Positions 11,359 through 24,422 of a DNA stretch of 64,000 nucleotides are shown here, piece by piece. The stretch lies in contig OX597814.1 in assembly GCA_951406725.2 (NCBI GenBank), forward strand, positions 208,382,001-208,446,000, read 5' to 3'. Below the pieces are notes generated by a model. The model was not told the DNA's origin. It made no database searches and saw only the letters and a program-made list of their open reading frames with translations. The stretch comes from Octopus vulgaris (taxonomy: Eukaryota). A program made the position numbers and the translations under genes. The number at the start of each line of letters is the position of its first letter. The stretch's first letter is position 1.

Positions 11359-11552
11359 AGTTAATCCAAACAAGAAAACACAAAGAGAAAACACAACAAC
11401 GCGAGGACGTGGAACAAATATAGTATTATTGGACGCTCAGGAAGGAAGGGAAGAAGGAGGGTTTAACGTTTCGAGTGGAGCTCTTCGTCAGAAACATAGG
11501 AGAAGGGAAGACAGAGGAAAAAAATCACCAATGGTACACACGAGGTCACATT
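11359..11552 (-). mobile_element. Penelope-like fragment between (TA)n tracts, carrying a hammerhead motif
   Basis: Flanked by (TA)n on both sides; contains CTGACGA-stem-GAAACGT on the minus strand. Confidence 0.55.
11461..11495 (-). ncRNA. Minimal type-I hammerhead ribozyme-like motif
   Basis: GUUU-CUGACGA-A-GAG(CUCCA)CUC-GAAA-CG-U-U-AAAC: stem I GUUU/AAAC, intact core, palindromic stem III (AACGUU). Confidence 0.55.
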
Positions 11553-14225
11553 TTATATATATATATATATAAAAACATTTGCAGCGTAGAAGGTGTTTAT
11601 GAGCCATTTCAGAAACACACAAAAACCGTTAGATTAACTTCAATATTGGGAGTACTAGGGTCAACTTCTTAACCCCATAGCCATGCTTGCTCCGATCAAA
11701 AGGATCGAAGTCCTTCCTGAACCATAGTTCATGTGGTTGGTTCCCCAGTTTCTGTGGTGAATGTATTATCCCCTGGATGGGATGCTATTCCATTGTAGGA
11801 TTACTCACTTTTACCAGCTGAGTGGACTACAACAACATGGAATGAATTAAGTGTTTTGCTCAAGAGCACAACTCATCATCTGGTCTGGGAAGTGAAACCA
11901 CAATCTCACAATCATAAGTGCAACACCTTCACCACAAAGCCATGCACCTCTATGCCTGCTCTTGATAAGCTTTATGTGACTACAACAGTTTAGTATAATT
12001 CACCATTTTAGTAAAATGTAGCATCACTGTAAAGCTGACCAGTGATTCATTGTTAGGCATTGCTGAGTTCAGTTCTTTTGGCAGGAAAGATGTTGTTTGT
12101 GATGGACTGACATCCTATCCATAGAGATTGTTTTCTCTCCTGATTTGGTCAATACTATGGAAAGCCAGGATAGTTCTTGGATTACTGAACTACAATTAAT
12201 TCTAAAAGAAAACAACAATAGAAAAATTTTCAAAATTTGACATTTTGTTTTGTTTCTTATTCTTTGTACTTTTTCTTTTTTCCCTTTCTAAGTTTGAACT
12301 TTTCATTTCAAAAGAAAGAATCAGATCTAATCTGTAAGACCATATTCCTCATGGTATAGAAATGTTGACAACAAAAGCAATTCTAAATAATTGCTGCTGC
12401 AAATTTACGACATTCTTTTATATTCTGTTAGAAGCCACGAATTAGGAAATTTGCAACAACACAATTTCTTCCTATGATATATCTGTTTGATTATGGAAAT
12501 TCTATCTCTTATTCTGAAGATATAAACTGGGAATTCTTCATACAGATTGGTAAAATATATTCAAACGCAATTGATTAAAATTTTATGTTGGAATGGAGGT
12601 ATGGCAGGATTGTTAGAGTGTCAGATAGAGTTCTTTCTTTGAGGTATTTGTTCCAGATCTTTAAGTTCTATGATCAAGTCCCTCCTAAGTCAACTTAGCC
12701 TTTCATTCTTCTGGGATTAATAAATCAATATATCAAGTCAGATTGATGAATTGGGAGAATTGTAAGGCATTGGACAAAATTCTTTGTAGAATTTATTCCC
12801 ACAAGTACATTCTGGGTTTGCCTGTGATGACGCTGGTGCTAAGCTATAGATGCTCTTGCCTACATTTGGATAATATCAGTAGCATGGAGAAGGGGGATTT
12901 GGGATTTGCTGTATAGGCAGTTGCTGGTTTTCAGTAAAAAATAAAAAGCTTAACCAGGCCTGTTCCCTGGAGAGGAAGGTTTTTTTTTAGATATAAATAC
13001 ATGTGATCCCTTCTGATAGAGGCAATAGCTGCTGAAATGAAAGTTTTAATCTGACTATATTTGTGGGTATTGGACTCATAATCATAATGTCATAGGTTCT
13101 GTTTTTGTATGGGTATGCTATGGGTATGCATTGTGTCATTGAGCAAGTTAAATTTACTCCACATTCTCCAGTCTACTCTGCTGAAATGAGTTCTAGCCCA
13201 GTCCTGGTGCAGCTCTCCCTCTCTTTCTCCAACTGCTACATCCTGGAGCTTTCATTGAGGCAAAGGTAGAAGGGCTGAGAAGATCTCTACATCAGCTCAT
13301 AACTGCAGAGGCACCTAAAACAACTACTAAAAGCATGAAACATTGTACTAAATTGTATTTGTTTGTGAGTGATGACAATAAGTTTTTGCCTTAATTGCAA
13401 ATAATACAATTAAGTTTCTACAGCATCAATACCTAAAGGCTCATGGACTGCTCCTGTGACTTATTATTAATTGAATTCTCTAATCCATATGCCTGCGTGC
13501 CTCGACTGGCTTCTGTGCCGGTGGCACATAAAAAGCACCGTCCGAACATGGCCGATGCCAGCTCCGCCTTGGCTGGCTTCCGTGACGGTGGCATATTAAA
13601 AGCACCAACTGATCGTGGCCAATGCCAGACTCCCCTGGCACCTGTGCCGGTGGCACGTAAAAAGCACCCACTACACTCGCGGCATGGTTGGCATTAGGAA
13701 GGGCATCCAGCTGTAGAAACACTGCCAGATCAGACTGGAGCCTGGTGCAGCCCCTGGCTTCCCAGACCCCGGTCGAACCGTCCAACCCGTGCTAGTGCGG
13801 AAAACGGACGTTAAACGATGATGATGATGATGATGATATATGATATTTTCTTATTGTTTTAGTTTGATTTCTAGCTCTGCATGGTGTCAAGATATGATAT
13901 GATTTATTTTTATTGTTTTACATCAGTTTTTCAATACTTGCATATGTGGGACAGTTTTTTTTTGTTAGATCAACTCTTTTTACAGCTGACTGCACTTTTC
14001 TATCACAAATCACACAAATCTATAAAATAATATGGAAAACTATCAATTGTGTAGTCAAGTAAACTTGAGTCAGCAAAATTTGGTGATTGTTCAGGGGCAC
14101 AACATAATAATAATTGTCAGATTATAACTTATAATGAAATAGTTAATATTCTAGCACTTTAACCATTGAATCAATTTAAGAAATAAAGTTACTGAAATAA
14201 AAGAAGGAAGGCAAAAAAATAAATT

Positions 14226-15660
14226 AGGCTAGGCAAATTTCAGAGAGCTCCTATCTCTATTGGTAATAAAGGGTCTCTCCCTTAGAGTGAAGGGTAGATT
14301 GTATGCTGCCTGTGTGTAAACAGCCATGCTACATGGCAGTGAAACATGGGCTGTGACCGCCAAGAATATGCAAAAGCTTGAAAGAAATGAAGCTAGTATG
14401 CTTCGCTGGATGTGCAATGTCAGTATGAATGTATGACAGAGTGTAAGCGTCTTGAGAGAAAAGTTGGGCATAAGAGGCATCAGGTGTGGTGTACAAGGGA
14501 GATGACTGTGCTGGTATGGTCATGTAATGTCTATGGACACAGATAGCTGTGTGAAGAAGTGCTGATCTCTAACTGTGGAAGGAACCTCTGGAAGGAGTAG
14601 ACATGGGACGAGGTGATAAAACATGATCTTCAAATGTTGGGCCTCATGGAGGCAATGACAAGTGACTGAGACCTTTGGTGATATGCTGTGCTTGAGAAGA
14701 CCCACCAAGCCAAGTGAAATCGCTGTTGTGGCTGATGCTACTGAAATCTTCAAAGCCACAGTCGGACCAATTCTCCTATATAGCTCAGAAATCTGGACGT
14801 TATCAAAGAAGCTTGAGAGGCGGTTGGATGGAACCTACACTCGCCTCCTTATGAGAGCTCAAAATCTCTCGTGGAAACGCCATCCAACCCAAATGCAAAT
14901 ATATGGGAAACTACCACCTGTGTCATCTCTTGTGAAAGGTAGGAGAGTTCAGTTTGCTGGATATTGTTGTAGAGCTGAAAAAGAGGTAATTTCTACTCTT
15001 CTCCTCTGGAAGCCATCTACTCGCAATACCAGAGGGCGCACATTCTCCTACCCTGATGTGATCTCCAGGGATACGGGCATCCAGCAACAGGACCTCTGTA
15101 ATGCCATGATGGACCGTGAAGTCTGGCGTAGCATGGTAAATTCCATTGTCTCGACCACAGTCGAACAATGATGATGATGATGATGCTACTGTCATGTAAC
15201 TGGCACTTGTGCCTGTGGCATGTAAAAGGCACCCTTCAAATGTTAGGTAATATGCTGTCCTTGAAAAGACCCATCAAGCCAAGTGAAATTGTAGTCATGG
15301 TCAATGTCAGTGCTACATACCTGGCACCCGTGATGGTGGGATGTAAAAAGTACCCTTCAGACCTTGTGCCTCATGGAGGTAGTGACAAGTGACCAAGACC
15401 TTTGGCAATATACTGTGCTTGAGAAGATCTCTCAAGTCAAGTGAGATCATAGTTGTGGCTGATGCTGGTTTTTTGTTACTGGTACCAATGCCGGTGGCAT
15501 GTGATAAGCATCCACTACATTCTTGGAGTGATTGGCATTAGGAAGAGCATCCAGCTGTAGAAACCATGCCAAATAAGATTGAAACCTGGTGCAGCTCCCC
15601 AGCTTACCAAATTTTCAGTCAAACCGTCCAACCCATGCCAGCATGGAAAACAGATGTTAA

Positions 15661-15692
<32 letters not shown>
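14226..15692 (+). mobile_element. 5'-truncated RTE-clade LINE ending in the family-B tail, interrupted by a second LINE
   Basis: Decayed ORF AKFRELL...RVKGRLYAACV*TAMLHGSETWAV...LERNEASMLRWMCNVS...WYGHV, followed by a 3'UTR ending in the family-B terminus and (GAT)n. Confidence 0.82.
14744..15180 (+). mobile_element. Nested RTE-group LINE 3' fragment with an 11-bp TSD
   Basis: Open frame IFKATVGPILLYSSEIWTLSKKLERRLDGTYTRLL...RRVQFAGYCCR...DREVWRSMV..EQ*, (TGA)n tail, TSD tgatgctactg at 14733-14743 and 15181-15191. Confidence 0.85.
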
Positions 15693-15693
<1 letters not shown>

Positions 15694-16017
15694 GTGAAAT
15701 CTCTTAAGTATGAGATAGCCCAGCTATGGAAAATCAAGAAGGTGACGATAATGCCAATTATTGTTGGTCCCTTGGGGACTGTATTAGAAGGCATCAAGAA
15801 GAATATAAAGGAAATCGGAATAGAGTGCCCAGTGGGAACTGTTACAAAAGGTTTGCTTCCTTGGCATGGCCAGAATAATCAAGAAGGTATTAGATAGTTG
15901 AAAAGAACAGATAGCACGAGTGTGTAGGCTGCAGGCAGCAAGCCCACTACACATGCAAGACTCCAGGAGTTATAACAAAACCAGAGATAAAAAATAATAA
16001 TGATAATAATAATAATA
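15694..16017 (+). mobile_element. R4/Dong-type LINE 3' fragment with (AAT)n tail
   Basis: KSLKYEIAQLWKIKKVTIMPIIVGPLGTV...(frameshift)LLQKVCFLGMARIIKKVLDS*. A second similar remnant (KVIPVIIRALRSIP) follows at 16020-16200. Confidence 0.7.
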
Positions 16018-16201
16018 GTTACCAAGTAGTCAGAAGTGAAAGTGGCGATGACAAGATTGTTTGGAATGTGAGAGGTAATGTAAAAGTGATACCAGTTATA
16101 ATCAGGGCATTAAGGTCAATCCCATTTAAACTTCAAGACTTCTTAAAGTGGTTGAGAATCCCATGCAAGGCTGGTGTCATACATAAATGAGCCTCACTAA
16201 G

Positions 16202-16632
16202 TACTCTTTACTCTTTTACTCTTTTATTTGTTTCAGTCATTTGACTGTGGCCATGCTGGAGCACCGCCTTAGTTGATTGAGCAAATCGATCCCAGGACTT
16301 ATTCTTTGTAAGCTAGGCTTACAAAGCTAGTACTTATTATATTGGTCTCTTTTGCTGAACCGCTAAATTTATGGGGATATAAACACACCAGCATTGGTTG
16401 TCAAGCAATGTTGCGGGGACAAACACAGACACACAAACATATACACACACATACATATATATATATACATATATACAATGGGCTTCTTTCAGTTTCCTCT
16501 ACCAAATTCACTCACAAGGCTTTGGTCAGCCCGAGGCTATAGTAGAAGACACTTGCCCAAGGTGCCATGCAGTGGGACTGAACCCAGAACCATGTGGTTG
16601 GTAAGCAAGCTACTTACCACACAGCACTCCTA
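16202..16632 (-). mobile_element. SINE family A
   Basis: Reverse full-length copy. Confidence 0.85.
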
Positions 16633-17354
16633 CTGTGCACATTTTAAGGAAGGTATTATCTGTCTTAAGTTCTTTTTTGTGACTTGACAAATGATAAAAT
16701 ACAATGGATGGCAACGATGATGGCGATGATGACGATGATGGTGGTGGTAGTGGGTACTGTTCAAGAATTATTATTAATATTAAAAGAGCAGGGAATCTGT
16801 TGAATTGTGAAAATAGTAAACAATGTGTTTTGAGGTATTTAGTTGCAATCTTTAATGCTTTAAGTTCAAATTCTGTCATGGTTAAATTTGCTATTCATCT
16901 TTCCGGGATTGATAAATTAAAGAACCAGTTAAGTACAGGGTTGGATTTAATTTGCTATCCCCATTCCTCAATATTTCTGGCCTTGTGCCAATGTTAGAAA
17001 CCATTATTAATATCTAATTATTTTATGTTATTAACTGTAATTATTGAATAAACTTTGCCATTCAACTGTCCAGTACTAATGGAGTAAGTAGCTGTTAATT
17101 CAAATAATTATAAAATTTCATTGTGAATTTATGGCCCTAAGCCAATTTTAGAAATCTTTATATGTGTGTGTTGTTTTACATTATGAATTCAGATTCTGCC
17201 AAGGATGACTTCGCCATTCATCCTTCCTTGGATGATGAGATAATGGATGATCAATAATGTACAGGACTCATTTTAATCTTCCCTTTTCCACCAAACATGT
17301 GGCCATATTCCAATGTAGGAATTGATTATTATTGCTGTTGTTGAAATTCATCAC

Positions 17355-17453
17355 CAACACCACCACCACCACCACCGCCACCACCACCAGCAGCAGCAGC
17401 ACCAGCAGCAGCAGCAGCAGCACCACCACCACCACCAGCACCACCGCTGCCGC

Positions 17454-17492
<39 letters not shown>
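17355..17492. repeat. (CAC)/(CAG)/(CAT) compound trinucleotide repeat
   Basis: Read directly from the sequence. Confidence 0.9.
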
Positions 17493-17987
17493 TATAAGAG
17501 GTGATGGCACGTAAAAAGCAGCCACTACACTCACGGAGTGGTTGGCGTTAGGAAGGGCATCCAGCCATAGAAACCCATTCTAGCATGGAAAGCAGACACT
17601 AAATGATGATGATGATGATGATGATGATGTGGATTGATAGAATAATTAGACAAAATGCCTTGTAGTATTTGTCCCCAGCTCTTTATGCTCAAATTTCAAA
17701 TCTTCTTGGAATCAAAACTTTGCCTTTCATATCTTTCAGGATCAATAAAATGGACTAGTCAGATACTGGGGTTAATTTAATTCACTAACACCATCTCCGC
17801 ATATTGTGTCCTCTCCTTATTTCTATGCTTAGTGACATTTCATGTCTTTACATTCTGAGTTCCAATTCCACCAAGGCTAACTTTGCCTTTCACCCTTTCA
17901 GGGTCAATGAATTTAAGTACAAGTTGAGCATTAGTGTCAATGTAATCAATTACTTCAGTCCCCACAAATTTCAGATCTTGTGCCTAT

Positions 17988-18404
17988 ACTCTCTCTTTTT
18001 TACTCTTTTACTTGTGTCAGTCATTTGACTGTGGCCATGCTGGAGCACCGCCTTTGGTCGAGCTTATCGACCCCGGAACTTATTCTTTGTAAGCCCAGTA
18101 CTTATTCTATCGGTCCCTTTTGCCGAACTGCTAAGTTACGGGGACGTAAACACACCAGCATCGGTTGTCAAGCAATGCTAGGGGGACAAACACAGACACA
18201 CAAACACATACACACACACACACACATATATATATATACATATATACGACAGGCTTCTTTCAGTTTCCGTCTACCAAATCCACTCACAAGGCATTGGTCG
18301 GCCCGGGGCTATAGCAGAAGACACTTGCCCAAGATGCCACGCAGTGGGACTGAACCCGGAACCATGTGGTTGGTTAGCAAGCTACTTACCACACAGCTAC
18401 TCCT
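17988..18404 (-). mobile_element. SINE family A
   Basis: Reverse full-length copy. Confidence 0.88.
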
Positions 18405-18544
18405 GGATTATTATTATAGACAGGATTATTACTATTATTGTTGAGGCAGATAACTGGTAGTGTTCAGACAGCTGGAACGAAAACTCTATCGAAAAAGTCT
18501 AATGACTCTTCCAGTTCACTGCATATTAATGATTATTATTGCTT

Positions 18545-18770
18545 TAACCCTTTAGTGTTCAGATTATTCAATCAAACATAATGCCTATTGATTTTCATTG
18601 ATTTGAATTAATCATGCAATATCTCATATCTTCAAGAGGTTGATGGTGTAATTACTTAATATAGAATAACATTGTAGGGTAGGTGTGAGAGCCTGGATCT
18701 GATCAGTTTGAACATAAAACAGATTAAATATTTTGGCCGGATATGCCCAGTTTAAATACTAAAAGGTCAA
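18545..18770. mobile_element. TTAA-CCCTTTAG MITE (piggyBac-like, family E2)
   Basis: ttaaccctttagtgtt...aatactaaaaggtcaa; reverse-oriented relative of 44076-44567. Confidence 0.6.
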
Positions 18771-19802
18771 GGGCATTGGGTGACAGAGTTGGCAGGGAAC
18801 TGATTAAATAAGTTAAAGAGTGATGTACTAAATGACATTTGCAAAGAAATTCTCAAATAAGTGAAATTTCCTTCTTTGCTAGAGAAAGTAAACAATGGAC
18901 TTTTATATATCTGTTATCTTTTGCTTTTATTTGTTTCAATCAATGAACTGTGGCCATGCTGGGACAGTGCCTTGAAGGATTTTAGCCAAATGAATTGATT
19001 CCAGTGCTTATTTTTAAGTCTGATACCTATTCTAAGAGTCTCTTTTGCCCCCAAATCACTAAGTTAGAGGGATGTAACCAAACCAACACCAGATCTCAAG
19101 TGGTGATCGTGGTGGTAGAAAAACACAGACCCAAAGACACACATACACACATGCACACACATAGATATACATGCCTATATATTTATGATAGGCTTCCACC
19201 AAATTCCCTCATCAGGCATTGGTCAACCTGGGACTATAGTAGAAAACACTTGCCCATGGTACCATCCAATGGAAGTGAACTCAAAACCATATTGTTGTAA
19301 GGTGGGGTTTTTAACCACACAGCCAGAAAAATAAGATACTAATCATTTTAGGCCAGTCATGGCTCAGTGGTTAGTGCATCAGGCTCACAATCACGAGGTA
19401 GTGAATTCGATTACCAGACTATGCTGTGTGTAGTGTTCTTGAGCAAGACACTTTGTTTTTTATGTTGCTCCAGTTCACTCAGCCGTGGAAATGAGTTTTG
19501 ATGTCACTGGTGCCATGTATTGGCCTTTCCCTTTGCCTTTCTCTTGGATATCATCGGTGGCATGAATAAATTTGTTTTAATAAATGGACTGTGGCCATGC
19601 TGGGGCAGTGCCTTGAAGGATTTTAGCCAAATGAATTGATTCCAATACTTATTCCAATACGCTGGTATGCGTAGGCTATTGCTGGTCTTCCATAAACAAC
19701 CTCGCTCCAACTTGTCTCTCACAGGGTAACTTTCTAGGTACAATTCCATGGTCATTCATGACCGAAGCAAGGGGGGGGGGTGTCTTTAGTTTGCATATTG
19801 AA

Positions 19803-19833
<31 letters not shown>

Positions 19834-20356
19834 GTAAATAAATGAACTAAAGTAAATAAATAAAATGAACCAAGGGAAGAACTCAAGTGCACTTAAGATA
19901 TATTCTCTTGCAGTAATTAGGTCACGTCATTTTACATTCTGATTTCTAATCCCACTCAGATCAACTTTGTCCTTTATCATTTCAGAGGGCATAAAATAAG
20001 AACCAATCAAGAACTGTTGTCAGCCTAATTGATTCAACCTTTCCTCCTTATTTGTAACCATATTGCAGTGGATGTTTGTTTATATAATCACCTTAGTGGT
20101 CTATTTGTACATGATTATATGTTTATTTGCATGTGTGTTTAAGTGTATGAATTAATGCCGAGAGAAATAAAATCAATTTGATTTATTCATTCCTATTCAC
20201 CCTCTGCTAAATGTGTGACTAGAATGAAATTGCACAGATTATCTATGAAATCATGCTGAGATATTTGAGGAAATATTAAAATGAAAGAAGGGGGAGATCA
20301 TGACATTGTCAGTGCATAAAATGGACAGCTATGGTATCCATGAACGTATTTATGAA

Positions 20357-20362
20357 TCTGCC

Positions 20363-20395
<33 letters not shown>

Positions 20396-20440
20396 GCCTG
20401 CCTGCCTGTCTGCCTGTCTGCCTGTCTGTCTGTCTGTCTA

Positions 20441-20479
<39 letters not shown>

Positions 20480-20501
20480 GCCTGCCTGTCTGTCTGCCTG
20501 C

Positions 20502-20599
<98 letters not shown>

Positions 20600-20612
20600 C
20601 TGTATCTATCTC

Positions 20613-20645
<33 letters not shown>

Positions 20646-20668
20646 TTACCAATCTATCTATCTATCTA

Positions 20669-20727
<59 letters not shown>

Positions 20728-20800
20728 GTCTGTGTCTGTCTGTCTATCTGTCTGTTTATCTGTCTGTTTATCTGTTTATCTGTCTGTCTGTCTATCTATA
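20357..20800. repeat. (TCTG)n/(TCTA)n compound tetranucleotide repeat
   Basis: Read directly from the sequence. Confidence 0.95.
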
Positions 20801-21526
20801 TCACCTGTGTCTATGCCTCTGCCCCCAATCTGTCCCTGACAAACATCCTCTCCCTGCCTCCTCCGCAACCTATACCTATACATTCAATCCATTCCTGATG
20901 ATCCCAACCCACAACTTACTTTTCTGTCACCCATCTCACAACCTACAACTCATTTTTCCAATGCCCACCTGTTCATCACAACAGAACTACCCATTCAACT
21001 ACTTCCTTTTTCACACATCCCCTGTACCTTCCATTACCTCCTTATTTCCACCGAACATTCTTTTTGTGAAAATTTATGTGAAAACCCTCATTTTGCCCTT
21101 TATGTGAAAATCCCTCATTTTGCTCCCCTTTATGTGAAAATCCCTCATTTTGCCAGTGGCAGCTCTCTCTCTCTTTCCCTCATTACCTTTGACACCACCC
21201 ACCATTTCCTGCCTCATGTACCTCTGACTTTGCCCTTAGTACTGTGCATCTCTCTTTAACACCAACCCCATTCACTTCACATCATCTTGCTTCCAACTAC
21301 TATCTCCTTGATCCACATCTATTTCCTCCGTCTTCCTCTCCAACAGATATTTATGATTGACCTTGCCTCTACTCCTGTTCAACACTTATTGCATCTCCTT
21401 CTACTCATCTGCTTTAATCTCCCATAAACTCCCCGCCCCCGCATATCACTTTTCTATATTCACCTTCCTCTAATTTCTGGAGGCACATAGCTTAGAAGTG
21501 AGGTGTTAGAGTCATGATTATAAGAT

Positions 21527-21743
21527 TTATTTCTTTATTGCCCACAAGGGGCTAAACATAGAGGGGACAGACAAAGGGATTAAGTCAATTACATCGACCC
21601 CCAGTGCGTAACTGGTACTTAATTTATCGAACCTGAAAGGATGAAAGGCAAAGTCGACCTCGGCTGAATTTGAACTCACAACGTAACGGCAGACGAAATG
21701 CAGCTACGCATAGCGCCCGGCGTGCTAACATTTCTGCCAGCTC
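21527..21743 (-). mobile_element. SINE family C inserted into the tRNA head of a family-F SINE
   Basis: The host head tggaggcacatagc...aagatt^atggtttcgattcctggactggg is split, with aagatt duplicated. Confidence 0.75.
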
Positions 21744-22783
21744 AAGATTATGGTTTCGATTCCTGGACTGGGAAACACAACTTAGTTTCAAGTTGCTCCA
21801 GTCCACTCTGATGGCAATAATGCATAATCCTGTGAAAGACTGGCTTTCTATCAAGGGAGTAATATATGCACCACAGGAACCAGCAAACCAACCCTATAAA
21901 TCTATACAACTTGGGAAAGGTCTCTAGTTTGAGGGTGTGCCCTGACACATCTTCACTATCCTTCTTCTTTCTCAATGGGGGTAACCATCTATCTTCCTTA
22001 CACCAAGATGGATGAAGAAAGGGCAACAGGCATATATGCCATATTTCGAGAGATTTTGCTCCCTCGTCTCATTGTTTGTTTGGATACAAAACGTGGTAAC
22101 AAAAATCAGTGCTGGCTATATTTTCTATAGAATATATGTAGAGATTGCCTTAACAAGTGATGTAAAGCACACTGCTAATACAGTAAAACATGGTAATGGC
22201 TTGTGAAAAATATTTAACATTCTTTTTAGTATATTATGTTTGCATAACAAAATACTGCGTACATACAAGTTAATATTTACGTACCAGCTTTCAGGAACCA
22301 GCTTCCAGGAGTGTGTTTAATATGTAAAACTGGTATTTCTGATAATGTTGCATCTCTGTATTTAGTGGCTATTTAAGCAATGTGTTTATCCTTCAAAACT
22401 TCCATGCTTTCTGAGATTCGCCAACACTACACCTGATTTTCTCCCCTCCATACACACACAAGCATGTATCTGGCTCATACATTGTTCGCTTTCCAGACAT
22501 TTGTACATTACTGCATGTACTTTATGCGCACTTTCTGACAAGTTGTGGTGCACCTGAGCACTGTATACAATAATTTCATTATTATTATTATTATTATTAT
22601 GATTAAGGGGTTATAGGGTGTTGATGAAGGAGCAAAAACTGCTGAAATATGGCATTTCAAATGCAGTAAAGCTGTAAGGACAGCAGAGCAAGATTGGGTA
22701 TTTACCCTTGTAAGACAGGCAAAAGTTGAGTGCTCTAACCATTAAGCTAAATGGCTCCTGATGTCAATTACAGTCAATTTTAA

Positions 22784-23004
22784 CCCTTTCGTTACCGTAT
22801 TTATTTTGAGATGTTCTGTGTTTCTTTCAATTACTTTAGATATAACAAAGAATTTAGTAAAATAATTTATTTATCATTAATCTAGTGTTAGGAACATAAA
22901 TTGTGATTAAGGTTTGGTGGAAGATTTTAATTCAAAACTTATGAAAACAAGATATTTGTTACTCAGAGCCAGAGACAGTTTCAGCCGGGTTGGTAACGAA
23001 AGGG
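22784..23004. mobile_element. piggyBac-type MITE (family E1, 221 bp)
   Basis: TTAA|CCCTTTCGTTACC...GGTAACGAAAGGG|TTAA: perfect 13-bp TIRs and TTAA TSD. Confidence 0.9.
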
Positions 23005-23489
23005 TTAATGCTAAATTATAGCATTCAAATGCGACATGTCTATGCATGTATGGATGTTCACACAAGATAAAGTGTACTAAATACACATGGTGTAATTCAT
23101 TTATTTGTTTGAAGATAAGCATTCACATCACAACTATTCAGTATTTCTTAGTACATGTGATTCTTCATATTATGTAAAAATGTATGGATGAACTTAAATT
23201 AGTTCTTTTTCACTTAACCTTGGTCTGATGTTTAGGGTGCAATGTTAAGGTATGCAACAATGTAGTGGGTGGGGGGGGGGGGGAGGCAGCTGATAGGTAG
23301 GGTATTATTTGCAGAAACGGTCAATTTACTTGTGACTAATGCAGAGTAAGGGTGACTCCTTCTATATGACTATTGATAGTGACCAAATATATGATATGGT
23401 AGTAAACATAAGATTACTGCTATATTGATTTTGTAAGGTACCTGTAGACAATGATGTGTATAGACTGTGGTGGGGTACCTTCTTTATAA

Positions 23490-23812
23490 TCAACCACCTT
23501 ATCAACCACCTCACCAACAACAACACTGAACACCTTTTTGATCTCAATGTGTCTAACACACGTAGACATGCCTACAAAGTCAGAAAACAACACAGCTCCC
23601 ATGACTTTCGGAAACATTTTTTCACGCTCAGAATTGCTGAAGCATGGAACAAACTGCCTGCATCAGTTGTTGACTGCCATGACACTGCATCCTTTAAGGC
23701 CCTCATGCTTTCTGAAATCCGCCGAAACTACACCTGATTATACATACACTTTAGATGAGTTGTAGTGCACCTGAGCACTGTACACAATGTTTTATTATTA
23801 TTATTATTATTT
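23490..23812 (+). mobile_element. CR1-group LINE 3' fragment with (ATT)n tail
   Basis: NTRRHAYKVRKQHSSHDFRKHFFTLRIAEAWNKLPASVV...FK; terminus gtgcacctgagcactgta is shared with 22385-22600. Confidence 0.8.
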
Positions 23813-23825
23813 TAATTGGAAGTGT

Positions 23826-23868
<43 letters not shown>

Positions 23869-24422
23869 TATATACTTACACAAATTTATGTCCATATCTT
23901 GGCAAATTGATAAATATCATTTATCTTTTACTTCTTTTTGTCACTAGATTGTGGCCATACAGGGCCACTGCCTGGAAGTGATTATTTATTTTCTTCTAAG
24001 TCTGGTACTTATTCTATTGATGTTATTTGCCAAACTGCTAAGTTACAATTTGTAAACAGTGACTGTCAAGTGGTGGTGGGGCAAACACAAACACACACAC
24101 ACACACACACACACACATAAACACACACACATACATACAAACACATACAAACACACACACACACATGCATGCATGTATGCACAAACATACGCACACACAC
24201 ATATAACAGGCCTCCACACAGTGTTCATCTAGCAAACTCACTCGCATGGCATTGTCTACCTAGGGCTATAGTAGAAGACACTTGCCCAAGGTGCTACACA
24301 GTGGGACTGAACCTGAAACCACATAACTGCAAAGTGACCTTTTCAGCCACACAGTCATGTAAAAATTTTCCAATTATGTTTGTTTGTATGTGTGTGTGTT
24401 TGTAATTTAGAAATATACTTAC

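Noticed and set aside
20300-21107. SVCL/SIYL repeat ORFs (also 6824-7443)
   Set aside because: Tetranucleotide microsatellite artefacts.
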